Assembly: GCA_964638175.1 (NCBI GenBank)
Contig: CAZWZY010000007.1
Location: forward strand, 2,071-66,070
Direction: 5' to 3'
Source: an uncultured Thermoplasmatales archaeon
GTDB lineage: Archaea; Thermoplasmatota; E2; DHVEG-1
Length of the DNA stretch: 64,000 nucleotides
Below, in pieces: positions 59,206 to 64,000 of the stretch (position 1 is its first letter; each line of letters opens with the position of its first letter). The notes beneath the pieces are model-generated. The model was not told the DNA's origin. It worked only from the letters and a program-made list of their open reading frames with translations, and ran no database searches. The position numbers were made by a program, and so were the translations under genes.

Positions 59206-59958
59206 TTACTCAAATGATGAGTTACTTTTTATCTTTTCTGCTTTTGCAATAATGCTTGATCCAATAGGAAAATGAACCCTTGAGATAAGGGCACTTTCCA
59301 TCCCAAAGATGGTTTCTAACAGGTCATTTGTGGTAGGAAGGACAGGCGTCTGTTTTACTTCACTAGGTTTTGGTGGTTGTTTCCGTTGAATTTTCCGATT
59401 GAGGACATCCATGGGGAAGAGAAGACACATAAAATATGAAAGTGAGAGATTAGTAAACCCCGCCTCCAAAAGAAGAGTGCGCAGCCGCTTTACGGCATAT
59501 CGCCGAAAGTGATTGCTTCTCTCATCAATTTCTGTCCATAACCAGGGATGCGCAGGAACAGTCAGGAAACAATAGCCCTGCTTCTTCAATAGTTGGTTCC
59601 GAACAATTTGCAAAGCATGACTGTCGTCTTCTATATGTTCTAACACATCAAAGAGAGTAACAATATCATATCGGCGTTCTGGACATGTTTTTGGAAAAAA
59701 ACCCTTACCATAGATAGTTCTAATGCCTATTTGTTCTAACTGCTCATGCGTCGCTGTATGGGGTTCTATTGCGTCAACAGCACCAAATGTTTGTAGTGTG
59801 GGGAGCAATCCTCCATATCCGCTTCCAATGTCCAGTATCTCCAGATTCTTTGCGCAAATAAACCTCTTCATAAACGCATGAATAACTTTTCTTCTCCCGG
59901 TAAACCACCAATGATGAAACTGATATTGTTTAAATAATTCATATACGTCTTCTTGCAT
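59206..59958 (-). CDS. Class I SAM-dependent methyltransferase
   Basis: It has motif I LDIGSGYGGLL and the post-I acidic residue FDVLEH. Confidence 0.7.
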   Translation of the reverse strand: MQEDVYELFKQYQFHHWWFTGRRKVIHAFMKRFICAKNLEILDIGSGYGGLLPTLQTFGAVDAIEPHTATHEQLEQIGIRTIYGKGFFPKTCPERRYDIVTLFDVLEHIEDDSHALQIVRNQLLKKQGYCFLTVPAHPWLWTEIDERSNHFRRYAVKRLRTLLLEAGFTNLSLSYFMCLLFPMDVLNRKIQRKQPPKPSEVKQTPVLPTTNDLLETIFGMESALISRVHFPIGSSIIAKAEKIKSNSSFE

Positions 59959-60047
59959 TCCGTTTCAAACGACAAACATGGCGTGCAAATTAGTAAATCT
60001 TTCGTAAAAAACATACTGGCACTACTATCTATATGGATTTTAACAAT

Positions 60048-62420
60048 TTAGACTGGATTGGTTAGCCAAGGATGAAAGAAGATACGGCTATCTGTAAACT
60101 TCCATGCAATTCTATTACTTTTTTGAAGACCAATGAATCGTGGTCCTAGTTTTCTTCCCCACCAATTGTTTTGCGCGTAGATAAAACAATCATGAGCATT
60201 TACTGCCATAATTCCCTTCTTATTCTTGCAAATATTATTATAATGGATATGAGTGTCATTCATATGAGATCCATTACCCATAAAAAAGATACCAGTTCCA
60301 GTATTTTCTGTGACATTGGAAAAGGAGATAACCGTGCCGCATGGTCCTTCAGTATCACTTGAAGTGAAGAACACACCAACACCATTCTTTGTAATGTCAC
60401 ATGCAGAAAAGATATTGTTATCGGAGTTGCGTTGAATATAAAACCCATAGCCAAACGTATTTAACGAAACGTGACACGAAGAGAACATATTATGAGACGA
60501 ATCTCTTATCTGTATGCCTTCTTCTTTGTTGTGTTGTGCTGTGATGGCAGTAAATTTGTTGTAATCAGAGAAGTCCAGAAAGATGCTCTCCTGATTGTAC
60601 GGAAGATCAGCATGCGAAACAACATTGTGTTGCGCATAAAGAAGATAGATTCCCTCTTTTTCGCTATGAGCTATATAACAGTTAAAGATATGATTATAGT
60701 GCCCATGATTGATTTCAATCCCATCCCAACAGCCGACAATGGTACAATTCTCGATACGGTTTCCATTGGTGTTTATTTTGATTCCTGCATCAAAATTACC
60801 GCTATGCTGAATCGTCATATTTGCAAGGATAACACCATCACTGTGAATGAAGATGGTGTCAGTGTTTCCACCACCATCAACAATAACAGTGTCTTGTTGT
60901 TCTCCAATCAATCGCAACGAACGAGGGATGTAGAGATTTTCTTGGTAGACTCCTGAGTAGATGAAAATGGTGTCTCCTTCAGATGCATGATCTATGGCAT
61001 CTTGGATATGGGAGTAATTGCCTGGGCCTACCCCACCAACATATAAGGTGGTAGTTGACCATTGATATGGAAAACTGTCGTTGAGTGAAGTGTCTGTACT
61101 ATGATGTGCATAGCTCTCACAGTCAAACGGCATAGGGGGCGGTGCATAACAGTTTATCGCTTCTAGAGACTTCAACCAAGGTCGGAAAAAAACATGACTG
61201 TTGACGCGATTCCAGATAATTTGTGAAGAGGTGGATAACCCAAATGTACTGGGAGATCGTTTTGACCCCCACCAATTGTTTTGTGCGTACACAATACCAT
61301 GGTTGATATTCCGCGCCAAAAGCCCTACGCCATTATGTACAATATTATTGAAATGCACATGCGTCTTTTTACTTAACGTTCCGTCACCCAGGAGGAGTAT
61401 TCCTGCCTCAAGATTATCTGTGATATTGTTTGAGAGAACCGTAGTGCTATTTCCTCCACCAAGAAAAACAGAACCAACAACAACACCAACGGCATTAGTG
61501 CTTATGTGACAATGTGAAATGTAGGTTTCATCTGATCCCCAATACACAAAGATGCCATACGCCTCATTTGAACAGATGGCATTGTGGTAAACAATATTTT
61601 TATCAGATGACTGTTCGAGTTCTATTCCCTCACCCTGATTGTTTTCGATACGGCAGTAGTGAATGACATTCTCCTGTGAATGTTCCATCAAGATACCATC
61701 AGCATTGTGGTAAACACGACATTGTTCTATGACATTGTGTGCAGAATCCAGTAAATAGATGCCGCTCCAACTATTGCATGCGATGTTACAGTTAAAGATA
61801 TGATTATAGTGCCCATGATTGATTTCAATCCCATCCCAACAGCCGACAATGGTACAATTCTCGATACGGTTTCCATTGGTGTTTATTTTGATTCCTGCAT
61901 CAAAATTACCGCTATGCTGAATCGTCATATTTGCAAGGATAACACCATCACTGTGAATGAAGATGGTGTCAGTGTTTCCACCACCATCAACAATAACAGT
62001 GTCTTGTTGTTCTCCAATCAATCGCAACGAACGAGGGATGTAGAGATTTTCTTGGTAGACTCCTGAGTAGATGAAAATGGTGTCTCCTTCAGATGCATGA
62101 TCTATGGCATCTTGGATATGGGAGTAATTGCCTGGGCCTACCCCACCAACATATAAGGTGGTGCCAGAACCCGTAAAAGAAGTAAGATTGTCATTGAAAA
62201 GAAAATATTCGCTGGGAAGCTCGTACTGTGATGCATCTGTAAGCTTATTACTAGGCAAGACAAAGGAAAGCTTTTCACGTAGTGCTGAGAGCACCGTAGT
62301 GAATCGTGAAAGCAGAGGAAATGATTCTTTCTCAGGGGTTTGTGGTTCCCCAAGACCACTTGAAGAAAACGACGTAAGAAGGAGGAAAACACAGATTCCT
62401 GCAATTAACATCCTTTTCAT
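60048..62420 (-). CDS. Secreted right-handed parallel beta-helix repeat protein with internal tandem duplication
   Basis: It has a signal peptide. It has repeated N..GI/H.N beta-helix rungs (NCTIVGCWDGIEINHGHYNHIFNC and similar). A 125-aa block is present twice. Confidence 0.7.
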   Translation of the reverse strand: MKRMLIAGICVFLLLTSFSSSGLGEPQTPEKESFPLLSRFTTVLSALREKLSFVLPSNKLTDASQYELPSEYFLFNDNLTSFTGSGTTLYVGGVGPGNYSHIQDAIDHASEGDTIFIYSGVYQENLYIPRSLRLIGEQQDTVIVDGGGNTDTIFIHSDGVILANMTIQHSGNFDAGIKINTNGNRIENCTIVGCWDGIEINHGHYNHIFNCNIACNSWSGIYLLDSAHNVIEQCRVYHNADGILMEHSQENVIHYCRIENNQGEGIELEQSSDKNIVYHNAICSNEAYGIFVYWGSDETYISHCHISTNAVGVVVGSVFLGGGNSTTVLSNNITDNLEAGILLLGDGTLSKKTHVHFNNIVHNGVGLLARNINHGIVYAQNNWWGSKRSPSTFGLSTSSQIIWNRVNSHVFFRPWLKSLEAINCYAPPPMPFDCESYAHHSTDTSLNDSFPYQWSTTTLYVGGVGPGNYSHIQDAIDHASEGDTIFIYSGVYQENLYIPRSLRLIGEQQDTVIVDGGGNTDTIFIHSDGVILANMTIQHSGNFDAGIKINTNGNRIENCTIVGCWDGIEINHGHYNHIFNCYIAHSEKEGIYLLYAQHNVVSHADLPYNQESIFLDFSDYNKFTAITAQHNKEEGIQIRDSSHNMFSSCHVSLNTFGYGFYIQRNSDNNIFSACDITKNGVGVFFTSSDTEGPCGTVISFSNVTENTGTGIFFMGNGSHMNDTHIHYNNICKNKKGIMAVNAHDCFIYAQNNWWGRKLGPRFIGLQKSNRIAWKFTDSRIFFHPWLTNPV
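60678..61052. repeat. Direct repeat copy A (about 375 bp, identical to 61788-62162)
   Basis: The identical DNA makes the same 88-aa plus-strand ORF appear at 60471..60956 and 61800..62066. The period is about 1110 bp and it lies in frame inside the beta-helix gene. Confidence 0.8.
61788..62162. repeat. Direct repeat copy B
   Basis: See copy A. The boundaries were read manually and may be off by 1-2 nt. Confidence 0.8.
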
Positions 62421-63773
62421 CTACACCTCACCCGGAGCAGTTCCATTGACAGAGAAATAGACTGTCATGTTTCTTGATGGTGCTGAGTAGACATACACGC
62501 CAATATTGTTTTCACTGCCGTCATACCATCGACTATTACAGGGGAACGAATTACTGTGAAAACCATAGGTAGAGTTATCCCAAAAATCAAATTCGTCTCC
62601 CTGATTTTTATTTGCATCAAGATCATCTGCATCCTTAAAATGGGAAGAGAATGAATCAGCACATTCGATATCAATCATTTTGTGATATTCAACATCATTA
62701 ACTCCAGGAAACCACGTTCTTGGACGTAACGGACGTGGAATCGACTCATCAATATGATAGATAGCAATACCTTCATCGGGCAATGGAGACGTACCGTTGT
62801 CGTATGATGTGCCTCGAAAGCGGTTTTCTACCAAGAAATATTCATCTGAAGAATGGGAAGGATCTTGCAAGATAAATGCTTCAGGACACGTTTCTGAATC
62901 GTGAATAACGTACCATCCATCTTCTGTGACAACAGTTGGTTCAATCCATCCAAGCTGTATTTTTTCCCAAGCAGTAAAATGATGACCGTTGATGCCATCA
63001 AGATTTCCATTTCCCATAAGGCTATAGACACCAAGACCTTGTGATTTTCTGGTATAATCATAAAAATCAGGTAATTGCAACGTATGCCCTAATTCATGAG
63101 CAAAAACCATCCATGATTGCCACTCTTGCAATACACTATGTTCCCCACTAAGGATCATTCCATCCCATGTTTTTACTCCTAATGTTCCCCATAATCGCCA
63201 GTTGTGATACGCACCTCTTGGTTTTTCTTCCGATAGTGCTGAAGTACACACAAGAATAGCAAGCTCATCATCGGTAAGAATACCATCTCCATTGTCATCA
63301 TAGGATGCAAAGGAAAAGGACCTATCTCGTGCTGCTTTTCTGAACGCTTCTCGGACAATGCCATCTCGTGAGAATTCTTTTAAGGGATGATGGGAAGTAT
63401 ACCACCCTAAAATCCCTGCTTTCGTGAAGGTGAATTTTCCGTATGATGTTTCTTGATAGTAATCACGTACACTCGGCTTGTCACCGAACAACAGATGGTC
63501 AAAATAGGCAATATCGTGATCTGGATGATGTGGAACGTCAGAGAATTCAACAAGCAGAAGTAAGAGAGGGCATTCTCCCAACGCTATAGGAATACTTGGA
63601 AAAGGAAGAATCTTATTGTAAAATAGCAATGAAACTCTTCGAAGCAGAGGAAAGGTGTTTAAAATACTAGAAGAGGGGGTGCCTGTTTCATGAGCCATCA
63701 CGGATGGTACTACAGAAGTAAGAAACAGGAGAATAACCGTTAATACTACACATACTCTACTGATGTTCTTCAT
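62421..63773 (-). CDS. Secreted zinc metalloprotease, M6 (InhA-like) family signature
   Basis: It has a signal peptide. It has HELGHTLQLPDFYD (HExxH plus the downstream G..D.YD typical of M6 immune-inhibitor-A-like peptidases). It is contiguous with the beta-helix gene. Confidence 0.6.
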   Translation of the reverse strand: MKNISRVCVVLTVILLFLTSVVPSVMAHETGTPSSSILNTFPLLRRVSLLFYNKILPFPSIPIALGECPLLLLLVEFSDVPHHPDHDIAYFDHLLFGDKPSVRDYYQETSYGKFTFTKAGILGWYTSHHPLKEFSRDGIVREAFRKAARDRSFSFASYDDNGDGILTDDELAILVCTSALSEEKPRGAYHNWRLWGTLGVKTWDGMILSGEHSVLQEWQSWMVFAHELGHTLQLPDFYDYTRKSQGLGVYSLMGNGNLDGINGHHFTAWEKIQLGWIEPTVVTEDGWYVIHDSETCPEAFILQDPSHSSDEYFLVENRFRGTSYDNGTSPLPDEGIAIYHIDESIPRPLRPRTWFPGVNDVEYHKMIDIECADSFSSHFKDADDLDANKNQGDEFDFWDNSTYGFHSNSFPCNSRWYDGSENNIGVYVYSAPSRNMTVYFSVNGTAPGEV

Positions 63774-63919
63774 GAAGACACTCCTTAAGATTGATGTAGT
63801 TCTTTTTGTGACACTCTACATAGTATATTTAAATATTATATTTTAAATAATTTATTGTACATATCTTTGCTAATCCTTTTGTTTAAATAAGAGTAATCTA
63901 TATTCTTTTTATTCTTTAT

Positions 63920-64000
63920 GGAAGAAAAGAACAAAGTCATTGTTATCGGTCTGGATGGGGCAACATTTACGGTTATTTCCCCTCTCTTGAAAAAAGGAGA
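63920..64000 (+). CDS. Alkaline-phosphatase-superfamily (nucleotide pyrophosphatase/phosphodiesterase-like) protein, 5' fragment
   Basis: The N-terminus reads KVIVIGLDGATFTVISPLL. It is truncated by the window end. Confidence 0.4.

Overview
This looks like an archaeal contig. The evidence is a group II chaperonin (thermosome) with a GGM tail, a tRNA-Leu carrying a 29-nt anticodon-loop intron, TrpB2, KaiC-like ATPases and archaeal-type winged-helix regulators. The window has two compositionally distinct halves joined at an IS-like transposase (~24.9-26.7 kb). Positions 1-24.8 kb are about 30% GC and very Lys/Ile-rich. They hold a stress and metal island: three hemerythrin-like genes, a CopB-type P1B ATPase, two ChaB, two amphi-Trp, an SRPBCC protein, two Hsp20, a type I GAPDH, a PAS histidine kinase/response-regulator system, MscS, and an MFS and an APC transporter. 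Positions 26.7-64 kb are about 42% GC. They hold thermosome-GrpE-DnaK, UspA, MsrA, three tRNA loci (tRNA-Gly, a degenerate tRNA-Gly 3' fragment, and intron-containing tRNA-Leu), a four-gene KaiC-like operon, TrpB2, PdxS/PdxT, ArgRS, and a secreted beta-helix protein plus M6-like metalloprotease. The most interesting locus is 53.9-59.9 kb. Three tandem paralogous radical-SAM/SPASM enzymes are interleaved with two short ORFs. Those ORFs have a conserved leader and 2-3 tandem Cys-free 15-aa core repeats (D-[VIL]-YKAGT-x-YGT-[VI]-S). A flavin oxidoreductase, a SAM methyltransferase and an SPL-like radical SAM enzyme sit next to them. This is a candidate, apparently undescribed, RiPP-type peptide maturation system. 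Other notable points: an apparent C-homopolymer frameshift at the start of the middle rSAM gene; an 85-bp identical patch between two of the rSAM paralogs; a perfect ~375-bp intragenic tandem duplication in the beta-helix gene; a receiver-domain gene with no canonical start codon; and a recurrent TTRAAAAA doublet motif in AT-rich intergenic regions. All coordinates and families are from manual reading of the sequence and ORF track; no database searches were run.
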